A stretch of 64,000 nt of DNA from Syntrophales bacterium (GCA_052144335.1 JBKQQP010000016.1:894-64893); one strand, 5' to 3'; numbered from the stretch's first letter, positions 9,349 through 19,313 are shown. Numbers and translations are program-made. The notes: generated from the letters alone by a model not told the origin.

Positions 9349-12300
9349 TCACAACTCCCTGACCAGTGCGCCCGCGACGATCTCTTCAAGGAGACGATTG
9401 GTAAAGTAGGGCATGTCCATGGCAGTCACCGGACAGCGACCCACACAGCCGCCGCACCCGACACAATTGTAGCGCAACACTTCCGCCGTATAAAAGCCGC
9501 GCTCATTGGCGACAAGCCTGACGGCGTCAAAAGGACATATCTCCACGCAACGGCCGCAGCCGCGGCATCGCTTCCTGTCCACCTTGGGACTGAGCTCATG
9601 GTCTTTCAAAAAGGCCTCTGCCGCGGTAGTTGCCACGTGTGCAGCCAGGGCAGCACCCGCCTGGAAAGCAGTCACTCTCTTGAGCGTCCTGGGCATTACC
9701 CGGTAGACGCCGATCTGGGGGCTGTGAAAAAATTTAAAGTTGTAGCGATAAAATTTCTTGAGGCCGAACATCCCCACGGGAATTGCCAGAGGGAGGACAT
9801 TCATATCGGCAAGACACACTATGTCCGCATGGAAATTCTTGCGGACGCCATTCTCACGCACCGCCACCGTAAAATCACCCAAGTGTCCCTTGATTCCTTC
9901 GATGAGAGCTTCCTTTACGTGCGTGATAGAAGCCCCGGCGATCATGCTGACAGGTCTTTTGCGGATCTCCGCGGGCACTTTCTGGTCATCCTTGAGACTG
10001 CAACGATGGACCAGACGCACCTTGAATCCCTGCATGTTCAAATTGAGGGCGGTGCTCAGACCCAGTTCCGAACCACCCAGAATCAGTATCCGATTTCCAA
10101 TCTTGGTTGTGCTCTGGCGGAGCGGCCCCATGACCCGGGCGCGAATGAAGGCCTCCCTGAAAAAATTACGCATTCTTTCAACAAGCATCTCTTCTGATGC
10201 GTCCGGAGAGCCAAGGTGATCCCTGATGTTGATTGTCTCAAACCGGCAGCGGTCAAGGCGGTGCCTCTCAAAGAGCAGGATGCGGGCACGGTTTCTCTGA
10301 TCGTTGCAGGAAATGCACTGAAACTCCAGGGGACAGCATACGCAGGAGGCCAGAATGACCCTCCCCAGCTTGTGCTCCCGCACGGCAGCGGCAATCTGGT
10401 CGGCGCCCCCTGGATGGCAGGCAGAAAAAATCAGCTCACTGTGCATCACGCCGGGCATCTTCAGCGCCATATCCCGGATGCGCTCAAGCGCGCCGGGTGT
10501 TGCCAGGGTTCCGTTGCACGTGCAGGTGAATACTCCGAACCGCACTTCTTCTTCAGAAGCGATTGGGACTGGCTGGCAGGGGATACTGTTGGTCCGGAGG
10601 GAGGAGCACTCGGCCATGGCTTGGCCCGCCGAGGCGCTCCCGGCTATTAATACATTCACGAGGTCCGTAGCGCTCCGGAAATCTCCCACGCGGTAGACGC
10701 GTTCTCCATTGGCTAAATCCAAGTGCGCAATCTCTTCATCGCTCGCCACAATTACGGCAGGACTGGAAACAGTCATGAGCTCCCTGTTCTTGAAATGATT
10801 GATGGCCCCTATATCCTTGCAGACGCTTTCGCAGAGGCGGCACTCGCAGCAGGAGCTGCAGTGAAGACAGCGTGCAGCTTCAGCCACTGTCTGCTCCTCG
10901 GTCAGTCCCAGCTCCACTTCTTTAAAATCCCGCCGCCTCTCCGTCGCCTGTCTTCTCGACATTTCCGGCCGGGATTTTCGGGGAGTGTCCTCGGATATTT
11001 CCAGATGTTCCCCGGCGCCGCGAGATTCGTCAGGCAGCACACCCCACGAGGGGCCGGTCCCCGTGAGATATTCGACAGCCTGCGCTGCGGCCCGGCGGCC
11101 CTGGGACATGGAGCCTACCACCGTATCCGGTCCTGTAACCGCATCCCCGGCGGCAAAAACGCCTGCCTGCGACGCCGAGAGACGCGCGTCCACATTGATC
11201 GTCCCCGACCGGCCCGTAATCAGCTCTTTTCCGAGCCCCGTTCCCACCAGAGACGGCTGTTGTCCAATGCCAATAATTACAGTATCCGCCGGCCGGAATA
11301 ACTCTGAACCTTTGACCGGTTCCGGCCTTCGTCGTCCGCTCTCATCAACGGCGCCCTGCTTCATGCTAATCATGTCAAGTCCGGTCACTCTTCCTCTTCG
11401 GGAAATGATCCGGGCCGGCGCCACGAGGTATTCAATCTTTACCCCTTCCTCCTGCGCCCTCCGTATCTCCGATCCGTGCGCCGGCATATCGCCCCTCGTT
11501 CTGCGGTAGCATATGGTGACTGATTTCGCTCCCAGCCGGATGGCAGACCGGGCCGCATCAATGGCCGAATTGCCACCGCCGATGACAACCACATTGCCCC
11601 GGATATTCGGCTTGCCACCGGTGTTGAGCTCTTTCAGCATCTCGAGCGCCCCATACATTCCCTTGGCATCTTCACCGGGAATATTGAGGCGGAGGTCCCG
11701 GTGGGCCCCGGTGCACAGGAGAACAGCATGAAAACCCTGATCAATTAGATCTTTGATGGAGCGGATCGGTGTCCCGGTACGCATCTCTACGCCGGCATCG
11801 GCGATGGCCTGTATCTCTGCGTCGAGGACCTCACGGGGAAGTCTGAAGGCGTTGATTCCCATCCGCAGTATTCCTCCCGCTTCACGATGGGCCTCAAATA
11901 CCGTGACGCTGAAACCCTCCCGATTGAGGAAATATGCCGCCGCAAGGCCGGCGGGACCGCCGCCCACTATGGCCACTCTTTCAGGCCTTGGCAGTTTTTG
12001 GGCGCCGGGCAGCCGCGGTCTGCGCTTGGCCATTTCCCTGTCGGCAAGAAAACGTTTTACGCTGCATATCGCCACCGCCTGGTCCAGCGAACGCCGTCTG
12101 CAGGCTTCCTCGCAGGGGTGGTGACAGACTCGCCCGCATATGCCCGGCAGGGGATTATCCTGCCTTATCATGTCAAGGGCCTCGTCAAACCGCGAGGCAG
12201 CAGTCAGCGCCATATATGCATGGACATTAACACCCAGGGGACAGCTAATTCTACATGGAGAAGGTTTGCGCTTATCCAGATCAAGGGCCCGGGAAGGGCA

Positions 12301-12720
12301 GTAGGCCGGTGTCCTGCGCAGGGGGGGATGGCTCGAATTCTGAAGCGGACAAATCTCCATGCAGCGCCCGCATCCGGTGCAGAGGTCGTAGTTTACATAT
12401 ACGGGGTCTTGTGTAATGACGGCCCGATAGCCGTCGGGACCACGCTTGATGGCCTCGATGCGCGCATGGGTTAAGGCGGTAACCAGCGGATGACGCGTTA
12501 CCTGCAGGTACAGCGGGCGGAACTGGAAATCCAGATCTTCAGGGTAATCGGTAAAGGGAGCGGCTCCCTCGGGATGCTCCAGGAAGTGAATCGCTTTCGT
12601 GACCCAGACCAGGGGCAGGCCGGATTGCGAGAGGTCCTGCGCTACCTTCAAGGCGCCGTAACCGGAGCCTACGAGTAGAACGGCTTTTTTCAGGCTGCTG
12701 GTTGAGGAACTCCTATACAT
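9349..12720 (-). CDS. large HdrL-like flavoprotein: GltD/NfnB-type NAD(P)H module embedded in degenerate HdrA scaffolds, with ferredoxin domains
   Basis: CRISCP...CGRVCHHPCEEAC, VGGGPAG, IGGGNSAIDAAR, YRR, FAAGDAVTGP; HdrA-like FTCTCNG/RVILASC/ETINIRD; terminal CRGCGRCVEICP and CVGCGGCVGRCP. Confidence 0.85.
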   Translation of the reverse strand: MYRSSSTSSLKKAVLLVGSGYGALKVAQDLSQSGLPLVWVTKAIHFLEHPEGAAPFTDYPEDLDFQFRPLYLQVTRHPLVTALTHARIEAIKRGPDGYRAVITQDPVYVNYDLCTGCGRCMEICPLQNSSHPPLRRTPAYCPSRALDLDKRKPSPCRISCPLGVNVHAYMALTAASRFDEALDMIRQDNPLPGICGRVCHHPCEEACRRRSLDQAVAICSVKRFLADREMAKRRPRLPGAQKLPRPERVAIVGGGPAGLAAAYFLNREGFSVTVFEAHREAGGILRMGINAFRLPREVLDAEIQAIADAGVEMRTGTPIRSIKDLIDQGFHAVLLCTGAHRDLRLNIPGEDAKGMYGALEMLKELNTGGKPNIRGNVVVIGGGNSAIDAARSAIRLGAKSVTICYRRTRGDMPAHGSEIRRAQEEGVKIEYLVAPARIISRRGRVTGLDMISMKQGAVDESGRRRPEPVKGSELFRPADTVIIGIGQQPSLVGTGLGKELITGRSGTINVDARLSASQAGVFAAGDAVTGPDTVVGSMSQGRRAAAQAVEYLTGTGPSWGVLPDESRGAGEHLEISEDTPRKSRPEMSRRQATERRRDFKEVELGLTEEQTVAEAARCLHCSSCCECRLCESVCKDIGAINHFKNRELMTVSSPAVIVASDEEIAHLDLANGERVYRVGDFRSATDLVNVLIAGSASAGQAMAECSSLRTNSIPCQPVPIASEEEVRFGVFTCTCNGTLATPGALERIRDMALKMPGVMHSELIFSACHPGGADQIAAAVREHKLGRVILASCVCCPLEFQCISCNDQRNRARILLFERHRLDRCRFETINIRDHLGSPDASEEMLVERMRNFFREAFIRARVMGPLRQSTTKIGNRILILGGSELGLSTALNLNMQGFKVRLVHRCSLKDDQKVPAEIRKRPVSMIAGASITHVKEALIEGIKGHLGDFTVAVRENGVRKNFHADIVCLADMNVLPLAIPVGMFGLKKFYRYNFKFFHSPQIGVYRVMPRTLKRVTAFQAGAALAAHVATTAAEAFLKDHELSPKVDRKRCRGCGRCVEICPFDAVRLVANERGFYTAEVLRYNCVGCGGCVGRCPVTAMDMPYFTNRLLEEIVAGALVREL

Positions 12721-12722
12721 CG

Positions 12723-13304
12723 CTAATCCCTTGGCAACCTGCCCTGTTTTGCCCGGCTCTTGAGGGTAGCCTTGCCGTATTCAGCGCCCCGTTCGAAGGC
12801 CCGCACATTTATTTCCCGCGTGGGCGCCGGTACTGATGTCAGCACGGCTTTGCGCAAAGCCTCTGCGCTCACTAATTCATATATGGCGGCAAGAAATCCG
12901 AGCATGACGATGTTCGCCATCATTCTATTGCCCAAATCTTCGGCGAAGTGGGTCGCTGGTATATTGTATGTGGTTACGTCTGGACGAATTTTTTTTACCT
13001 GCACAAGATCCGCTTCCAGAATCAGGATGCCGCCGTCACGCAGACTGCCTATATTCTTGGCATAACCTTCCTGGCTGAGACAGATCAGGACATGCGGTTC
13101 CTTTATATAGGGGAAAAGGACTTCCTCGTCGCTGATAATAATCTGGGCGGAGCAGGAGCCGCCCCGGGCCTCCGGTCCGTAGGCCTGCGTCATGGTGGCA
13201 AATTTTCCATCGTAAAGGGTGGCTGCCGTTCCGAGGATATCGCCGGCCATGATGACCCCCTGTCCGCCGAAGCCCGTTATGAGAATGTATCTTTCCTTAT
13301 TCAT
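12723..13304 (-). CDS. korC: 2-oxoacid:ferredoxin oxidoreductase gamma subunit
   Basis: GFGGQGV, YGPEARGG, NIVMLG motifs. Confidence 0.92.
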   Translation of the reverse strand: MNKERYILITGFGGQGVIMAGDILGTAATLYDGKFATMTQAYGPEARGGSCSAQIIISDEEVLFPYIKEPHVLICLSQEGYAKNIGSLRDGGILILEADLVQVKKIRPDVTTYNIPATHFAEDLGNRMMANIVMLGFLAAIYELVSAEALRKAVLTSVPAPTREINVRAFERGAEYGKATLKSRAKQGRLPRD

Positions 13305-13314
13305 GTGTTATAGC

Positions 13315-14211
13315 TCATTGCCCTGCCTGATTTTCGGGCACGATCGCGCCTTCAAAATCCGGCCAGTCCCCGATCAGATTCTTGCAGCTCAACTGATAGT
13401 TATCCATAAACGTCGACCGTTCCGTGTCAACAAATTTCCCCACGACTATATTGTTGCGGAAGTCTATGGGAGCCTCTTTCGGATCGATGTCGTTGCGAAT
13501 AAGGCAACGCTCATGATAGAACTTCAGAGTCTCCAGGGCAGTGCCTATCTTGTTACGGCGCCCGAAGGAGGTGGGACAGGGAGTCAGGACCTCGACGAAT
13601 CCGAAACCGCGCTTCTGCATTGCCTCAGTAATGGAGTTTGTGAGTCTCCGTATATGCAAAGATGTCCAGCGTGCGACGTAAACCGCCCCACATGCAGAGG
13701 CCAGATAACAGAAATTGAACGGTTCCTCCGGACAGCCCGTGACGCTTGTGGTAGTCTTAGCCCCGAAAGGAGTGCTCGGAGCGAGTTGCCCGCCGGTCAT
13801 CCCATAGTTCAAGTTGTTCACGCAGATGACCGTGATGTCAATGTTCCGCCGGGCCGCATGGATGAAATGATTGCCCCCTATAGCAAGCAAGTCACCGTCA
13901 CCGGAGACGACGAGCACCTTTAGCTCCGGATTCGCGAGCTTCAAGCCGGTGGCGAATGGCAGGGCGCGGCCGTGTGTTGTGTGAAAGGAATCCAGCTGGA
14001 TATATCCGGCCATCCGCGCGGTGCAGCCGATACCGGAGACTATGGCAGTCTTGTCCAGGTCGTAGCCTGATTTCTGAATGGCGGCAATCACGGACGCGAA
14101 AACAGTGCCGATGCCGCACCCGGCACACCATATATGGGGAAGCCGCTCACTCCGGACCAATCCTTCCATGGGATGTTCGGGCACAGTCTTTTCTGCTTTT
14201 TTCGTCTTCAT
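13315..14211 (-). CDS. korB: 2-oxoacid:ferredoxin oxidoreductase beta (TPP-binding) subunit
   Basis: WCAGCG, SGIGC, HTTHGR, GDGD...NN TPP motif, YGMTGGQ, PCPT. Confidence 0.95.
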   Translation of the reverse strand: MKTKKAEKTVPEHPMEGLVRSERLPHIWCAGCGIGTVFASVIAAIQKSGYDLDKTAIVSGIGCTARMAGYIQLDSFHTTHGRALPFATGLKLANPELKVLVVSGDGDLLAIGGNHFIHAARRNIDITVICVNNLNYGMTGGQLAPSTPFGAKTTTSVTGCPEEPFNFCYLASACGAVYVARWTSLHIRRLTNSITEAMQKRGFGFVEVLTPCPTSFGRRNKIGTALETLKFYHERCLIRNDIDPKEAPIDFRNNIVVGKFVDTERSTFMDNYQLSCKNLIGDWPDFEGAIVPENQAGQ

Positions 14212-15368
14212 TTCTTTCCCTTTATAGAGTCTTCAATGGCGCTCAAGATGGTTGCAGGATGGATTATGGAACCGCCCATGTGGGACACCAGATGAACGGG
14301 ACACGCGCCTCCGGCGCACCGCTGCAACTCAAGCACCATCTGGCCCGCATTAATTTCCGGCATAATTAGGGCGCGCACCCGGCCGGCGACGTCTCTTATA
14401 AGTGTTTCCGGAAACGGCCATACCGTCTCCAGTTTGATAAGTCCCGTGCGTATCCCTCTGCTTCGTGCATCTCGTACGGCTTGTCTTGCGGACCGCGCAC
14501 TGATCCCGTAGGCAACTACAACGACGTCAGCGTCATCGAGACAAACGTTTTCCGTCCGGATGATACTGTCCCTGTTGTTTACGATTTTCGCGATCAGGCG
14601 ATTGACCATCTGCGCCTGAGTCTTCTCGTCCATTCCCGGATAGCCACGCTCATCATGCGTGAGACCTGTGATATGAATCCTGTAGCCGTCACCGCAGTTG
14701 GCCATGGGGGCGACCCCGTCCGCATCCGGATGATAGGGTAGATAATCGCTTGGAGATGCCTTGGGTTTCCGCCTGCCGACAAGCTCGATTTCTTCTTTCC
14801 GGGGAATGACGACACGCTCGTTCATGTGACCGACTACCTCGTCCGCCATGATCATGACGGGTATACGGTACTGCTCGCTGAGGTTGAACGCACGGACAGT
14901 TAGGTTAAACATCTCCTGGGGACTGGATGGGGCAAGCGCGATGACCTCGTAATGGCCATGCGACCCCCAGCGGGCCTGCATCATATCTCCCTGGCCGACA
15001 AGTGTCGGGAGCCCCGTAGAAGGCCCAGCCCTCTGCACGTTACAGATCACACAGGGTGTCTCCGTACAGATTCCGAGACCGATATTCTCCATCATCAGGG
15101 AGAAGCCCGGACCGGACGTGCTGGTCATGGCCTTCACTCCTCCCCAGCTTGCACCCAGAATAGCCGACATGGATGCGATCTCATCTTCCATTTGAATATA
15201 TGTGCCGCCCAACTCCGGCAGCCTGCGTGACATACGTTCGCCAATCTCCGTTGCGGGGGTGATCGGATACCCTGCGAAGAATCGGCAGCCCGCAGCCAGA
15301 GCGCCCTCACAGCAGGCATAGTCGCCGTTCATGAAGTAGGTGCCCGTCAATACGGCCTTGTCAGCCAT
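14208..15368 (-). CDS. korA: 2-oxoacid:ferredoxin oxidoreductase alpha subunit (KorA-like)
   Basis: GYPITPATE, QMEDE, TSGPGFSLM, RAGPSTGLPT; start at ATG 15368 behind GAGGTG. Confidence 0.95.
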   Translation of the reverse strand: MADKAVLTGTYFMNGDYACCEGALAAGCRFFAGYPITPATEIGERMSRRLPELGGTYIQMEDEIASMSAILGASWGGVKAMTSTSGPGFSLMMENIGLGICTETPCVICNVQRAGPSTGLPTLVGQGDMMQARWGSHGHYEVIALAPSSPQEMFNLTVRAFNLSEQYRIPVMIMADEVVGHMNERVVIPRKEEIELVGRRKPKASPSDYLPYHPDADGVAPMANCGDGYRIHITGLTHDERGYPGMDEKTQAQMVNRLIAKIVNNRDSIIRTENVCLDDADVVVVAYGISARSARQAVRDARSRGIRTGLIKLETVWPFPETLIRDVAGRVRALIMPEINAGQMVLELQRCAGGACPVHLVSHMGGSIIHPATILSAIEDSIKGKK

Positions 15369-15427
15369 GCACCTCACCTCGTATAATAAATATTTCTACG
15401 TATAATGACATGCAGCAAGTTCTTTCT

Positions 15428-15730
15428 CTATTTGTTCTTCCTTCGAGACCTAGTGGTCTTGCCTTGCGCTGCTTCAGTTGCCTCTATTGAATATATTGCA
15501 AAGTCCGGACACAGGGCCTCGCAGAAATGGCAGTTGACGCATTTTGACTCGTCTACTACTGCCGGCGTATGATAGCCTTTTGCATTAAATGTCTGAGACA
15601 TGACAAGCACATCACGCGGACAGTATGCGACACAGAATTCGCACCCTTTGCATCGATCCTCAACAATGATGACCTTACCTCTGCTCGCCCTGATGCTCTC
15701 CAGATCGAGGGGTTTTCTCCAGTATTTCAT
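15428..15730 (-). CDS. korD: 2-oxoacid:ferredoxin oxidoreductase delta subunit (2x[4Fe-4S] ferredoxin)
   Basis: CKGCEFCVAYCP and CVNCHFCEALCPDFAI. Confidence 0.9.
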   Translation of the reverse strand: MKYWRKPLDLESIRASRGKVIIVEDRCKGCEFCVAYCPRDVLVMSQTFNAKGYHTPAVVDESKCVNCHFCEALCPDFAIYSIEATEAAQGKTTRSRRKNK

Positions 15731-15786
15731 GCGGCAACGCCTTTCTTCGGTTTCATGCCTTCACGGATTTGACAAACAAAGGAATT

Positions 15787-15815
15787 TGTATATGAGAAAT
15801 GCATGCATATGTCAA
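15787..15815 (-). promoter_or_regulatory. putative sigma70 promoter of the kor-hdr operon with a palindromic operator in the spacer
   Basis: Minus strand TTGACA-N17-TATACA; perfect palindrome ATGCATGCAT (15799-15808) inside the spacer. Confidence 0.5.
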
Positions 15816-16067
15816 TAGCCCATGTGCGCTTCAACTCTATGCTGCATATCCAGAAGATCCCGATACGCAAACGGAAGGCTTGTTAAGTCACTCCGCGAGC
15901 GAAAAAGATACAGGCATAACAACCTATGCCCGCGCTGAGCAGGAGATGTATTTTTCGTCATTTTCTGATATAATTACCGATAATGCCTACGATGAAAATC
16001 TTGAGCATAGCAGATTACTTTAATCAATTCTCTCAATGAGTTAACGCGCGTCAAGGAAAGGAGGGCA

Positions 16068-17501
16068 ATGATGGATACATATGACATTTGCATTGGAGGC
16101 ACATTTCACAAAACAGACAAGATTCTGAAAGTCGCCAATCCGTTTAACAATGAGGTCTTTGCTAATACATATTTGGGCCATGAAGCCGATCTGGAAGAAG
16201 CCATCTTAAAGGCTCAGTCGGCGGAAAATGTGATGAAGGGACTGAGCTCTTTCGAGCGATTTGATATTCTTAGGTATATTGCCGATACCCTTATCCAGAG
16301 GAAAGACCGTTTATCAAGGGTACTTGCCCAGGAGTCGGGAAAACCTCTCATATATGCAGGCGCCGAAATTGACCGCTCCAGTCAAACTTTCCTCATCGCG
16401 GCGGAAGAATCTAAGAGGCTTCCCCGAGAATATTTGAGCCTTGACTGGACTGCTGGCGGTAAAGACAAGGAAGGGCTCGTAAAGTATTTTCCCGTGGGCC
16501 TCGTGGCAGGCATCTCTCCTTTCAACTTCCCGATGAATCTGGCGGCCCACAAGATCGCACCGGCTATAGCAACGGGTTGTCCGATCATAGTGAAACCGGC
16601 ATCGGCAACGCCGCTTTCCACACTGGAACTCGCAAAAATCATCGACGAGACTTCCTTGCCGAAGGGAGCGCTGTCCATTGTCCCGATGGATCGAACGACC
16701 GGAATGAAGCTTGTGACAGATGAGAGGTTTAAGCTTCTCACATTCACTGGTTCGCCGGAGGTGGGATGGAGAATGAAGAAAGAAGCGGGCAAGAAAAAAG
16801 TAGTCCTCGAACTTGGCGGGAATGCTGGCGTCATTGTATGCGGAAGCGCCGATATCGACTTTGCCGTGAAAAGATGCATTTTTGGCGGTTTTGCCTACTC
16901 GGGGCAGATCTGCATCCATGCCCAGAGGATCTTTGTGGAGAGAAGGATTTTTGACGAGTTTCTGGAGAAATTCGCAGTGAGTGCACAGAACTTAAGGTTC
17001 GGTGATCCTCTCAAACCAGAAACACAGATCTCTGTCATGATTGATGAGCCGAATGCGAAACGAGTCGCAGACTGGGTGAGAGAGGCAACAAACGGTGGTG
17101 CAAAGACTGTCTGCGGCGGGAACAGGGAAGGTGCATTTTGTGAGCCAACGGTGCTCACAAACACGAAGAGATCGATGAAGGTCAATTGTCTCGAGGTTTT
17201 CGGGCCTGTGGTTACCATAGAACCCTATACAACCATAGAAGAGGCAGTCCGTATGGTAAATGATACGAACTTCGGATTACAGGCGGGAATCTTTACTCAT
17301 AACATGAACGAAATAAACTATGCGTTTATAAACCTGGAAGTCGGAGGCATCATTGTCAATGACGTTCCCACATTCCGCGTGGATCACATGCCGTATGGAG
17401 GTATAAAAGATTCAGGTTTGGGAAGGGAAGGCCTCAAATATGCCATCCTCGATATGATGGAGCCGAAGATACTGGTTACTGATACGCGTCAACACAAATG
17501 A
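16068..17501 (+). CDS. NAD(P)-dependent aldehyde dehydrogenase
   Basis: PFNFP, KPA, FTGS, LELGGN, catalytic GQICI, EVFGP, PYGGIKDSGLGREG. Confidence 0.95.
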   Translation: MMDTYDICIGGTFHKTDKILKVANPFNNEVFANTYLGHEADLEEAILKAQSAENVMKGLSSFERFDILRYIADTLIQRKDRLSRVLAQESGKPLIYAGAEIDRSSQTFLIAAEESKRLPREYLSLDWTAGGKDKEGLVKYFPVGLVAGISPFNFPMNLAAHKIAPAIATGCPIIVKPASATPLSTLELAKIIDETSLPKGALSIVPMDRTTGMKLVTDERFKLLTFTGSPEVGWRMKKEAGKKKVVLELGGNAGVIVCGSADIDFAVKRCIFGGFAYSGQICIHAQRIFVERRIFDEFLEKFAVSAQNLRFGDPLKPETQISVMIDEPNAKRVADWVREATNGGAKTVCGGNREGAFCEPTVLTNTKRSMKVNCLEVFGPVVTIEPYTTIEEAVRMVNDTNFGLQAGIFTHNMNEINYAFINLEVGGIIVNDVPTFRVDHMPYGGIKDSGLGREGLKYAILDMMEPKILVTDTRQHK

Positions 17502-17503
17502 AA

Positions 17504-17633
17504 CCCCCTCGCATTTGAGACTGAATCGTCGCTAGCTGTTGTCGTGAACGGGCAAAAGGGGTGTGTTAGTCTCCTATAGTTTCTGCTGTTTCACTCATTC
17601 GCAGCACGATTGTAACGCAGTCTCGCGAGGGGG
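17504..17633. repeat. long imperfect inverted repeat (about 130-nt rod-like hairpin) between convergent genes
   Basis: CCCCCTCGC/GCGAGGGGG, GAGACTG/CAGTCTC, AATCGT/ACGATT, GCTG/CAGC, GTGAA/TTCAC nested pairings. Confidence 0.7.
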
Positions 17634-17660
17634 AATACAAAAAATATTTCTGTTTCTCTC

Positions 17661-18002
17661 TTACCCTATGGCCTTGCCGCCGCGTTCGCCCGTACGGATG
17701 CGGATAACCTCGTAGAGGTCCATTACAAATATCTTCCCGTCTCCTATCTCACCCGTCCGCGCCCCCTTGATGATCGCCTGTATCGTAGGCTCCACAAAAT
17801 CCTCGTTGCACGCTATCTCTAGCTTTATCTTCTTCAACAGGCTCCCTACTTCCTTCGCTCCCCGGTAAACCTCGGTTAGACCCTTCTGTCTGCCGCGTCC
17901 AAGTACGTTAGATACGGTCACTAGGTTTACCTCCACATCCTCGAGGGTCTTCATCACTTCGTCCAGTTTGTGGGGCTGTATTATTGCGACTATATATTTC
18001 AT
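17661..18002 (-). CDS. glnK: P-II nitrogen regulatory protein
   Basis: [30 protein letters not shown]; directly downstream of amt. Confidence 0.95.
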   Translation of the reverse strand: MKYIVAIIQPHKLDEVMKTLEDVEVNLVTVSNVLGRGRQKGLTEVYRGAKEVGSLLKKIKLEIACNEDFVEPTIQAIIKGARTGEIGDGKIFVMDLYEVIRIRTGERGGKAIG

Positions 18003-18016
18003 GTTCGTAAACCTCC

Positions 18017-19252
18017 TTATTCTACAACGGTGTAGGCGGCTTCACTCTGCTGGGTAAGATCAAGGCCGATGATTTCATCCTTCTTTTCTACCCTGATGCC
18101 TACTAATGCATCCACAAATTTGAAGAGTATCCAGGTCATTACAGCCGCAAATACAGGTGCCACAACAATGAGCAGCAGCTGAACCAGAAACTGATGAACA
18201 TCCCCGAAGAACAGGCCATTCCCACCGGCTTCGTTCACGACCTTCTCGGCAAACAGACCAGTTGCGATCGTCCCCCACATCCCGCCGACGCCGTGGACGC
18301 CGAAAACATCGAGGGCGTCATCATATTTGAATAGCACCTTCACCTTGGCAATGGCAATGTAGCAGAAGACACTTACGAGAATACCGATGAATATGGCGTT
18401 CATAGGACTCACAAATCCGCAGGCCGGCGTAATTGCGACAAGGCCTGCAACGGCGCCTGTCGCCGCCCCCAGGACAGTCGGAGCGCCGTGCTGCTGCCAT
18501 TCAATAAGCGCCCAGGTCAATCCCGCCGCAGCCGTTGCCGTGTTGGTCGTGATAAAGGCATTTGCCGCCAGTTCGTTTGCCGCCAGGGCGCTCCCGGCGT
18601 TGAATCCAAACCAGCCGAACCACAGGAGGGCTGCCCCCAAAACGGTAAATGGAAGGTTATGCGGCCGGAAGGGCTGCTCCTGATAGCCGATCCTTTTACC
18701 GATAAGCAGCGCCATCACCAGCGCCGATACACCGGAACTGGTATGGACGACAATGCCGCCCGCGAAATCGAGGGCGCCAAGGTTCTTCAGCCAGCCGCCC
18801 GTTCCCCAGACCCAGTGGCCTAAGGGATCGTAGACAAAGGTCGCCCAGAGAATCGTAAAAAGCAGGAAGGCGGAAAACTTGATCCGCTCCGCAAAGGCGC
18901 CTACAATCAATGCAGGCGTGATGACGGCGAACATGCACTGAAAAATCATGAAAACGCTGTGGGGAATCGTCGCGGCATAATCAGGATTCGGCTGCCCCCC
19001 TACGCCTCTCAATCCCACCCAGTCGAAGCCGCCGATGATACCATGACCCGTATCTGGACCGAACGTCAAAGAGTATCCATATAAGATCCACTGCAAGCTG
19101 ATGACGCACAATATGATGAAGCACTGCATCAACAGGGAAAGAACATTTTTCCGCCGCACCAGGCCGCCGTAAAAGAAGGCCAGTGCGGGCACCGTCATAA
19201 GCAACACCAACGCCGATGATGCCAATACCCATGCTGTATCGCCTGAATTCAT
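18017..19252 (-). CDS. amtB: ammonium transporter
   Basis: [56 protein letters not shown]. Confidence 0.97.
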   Translation of the reverse strand: MNSGDTAWVLASSALVLLMTVPALAFFYGGLVRRKNVLSLLMQCFIILCVISLQWILYGYSLTFGPDTGHGIIGGFDWVGLRGVGGQPNPDYAATIPHSVFMIFQCMFAVITPALIVGAFAERIKFSAFLLFTILWATFVYDPLGHWVWGTGGWLKNLGALDFAGGIVVHTSSGVSALVMALLIGKRIGYQEQPFRPHNLPFTVLGAALLWFGWFGFNAGSALAANELAANAFITTNTATAAAGLTWALIEWQQHGAPTVLGAATGAVAGLVAITPACGFVSPMNAIFIGILVSVFCYIAIAKVKVLFKYDDALDVFGVHGVGGMWGTIATGLFAEKVVNEAGGNGLFFGDVHQFLVQLLLIVVAPVFAAVMTWILFKFVDALVGIRVEKKDEIIGLDLTQQSEAAYTVVE

Positions 19253-19297
19253 AATAAGTACCTCCCGATTCTTGAAATCCTTTTCAGTGCCTACAAT

Positions 19298-19313
19298 AGC
19301 AATTAGGGTGCCA
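19298..19313 (-). promoter_or_regulatory. sigma54 (-24/-12) promoter of amtB-glnK
   Basis: Minus strand TGGCAC-CCTAA-TTGCT, a full match to the sigma54 consensus; IHF-like AATCAACTACTTT immediately upstream (19320-19332). Confidence 0.88.

Noticed and set aside
5327-15319. Numerous long plus-strand ORFs (e.g. 6140..7075, 9313..10197) opposite the kor-hdr operon
   Set aside because: Antisense shadow frames of GC-rich, well-supported genes, with no recognisable domains.
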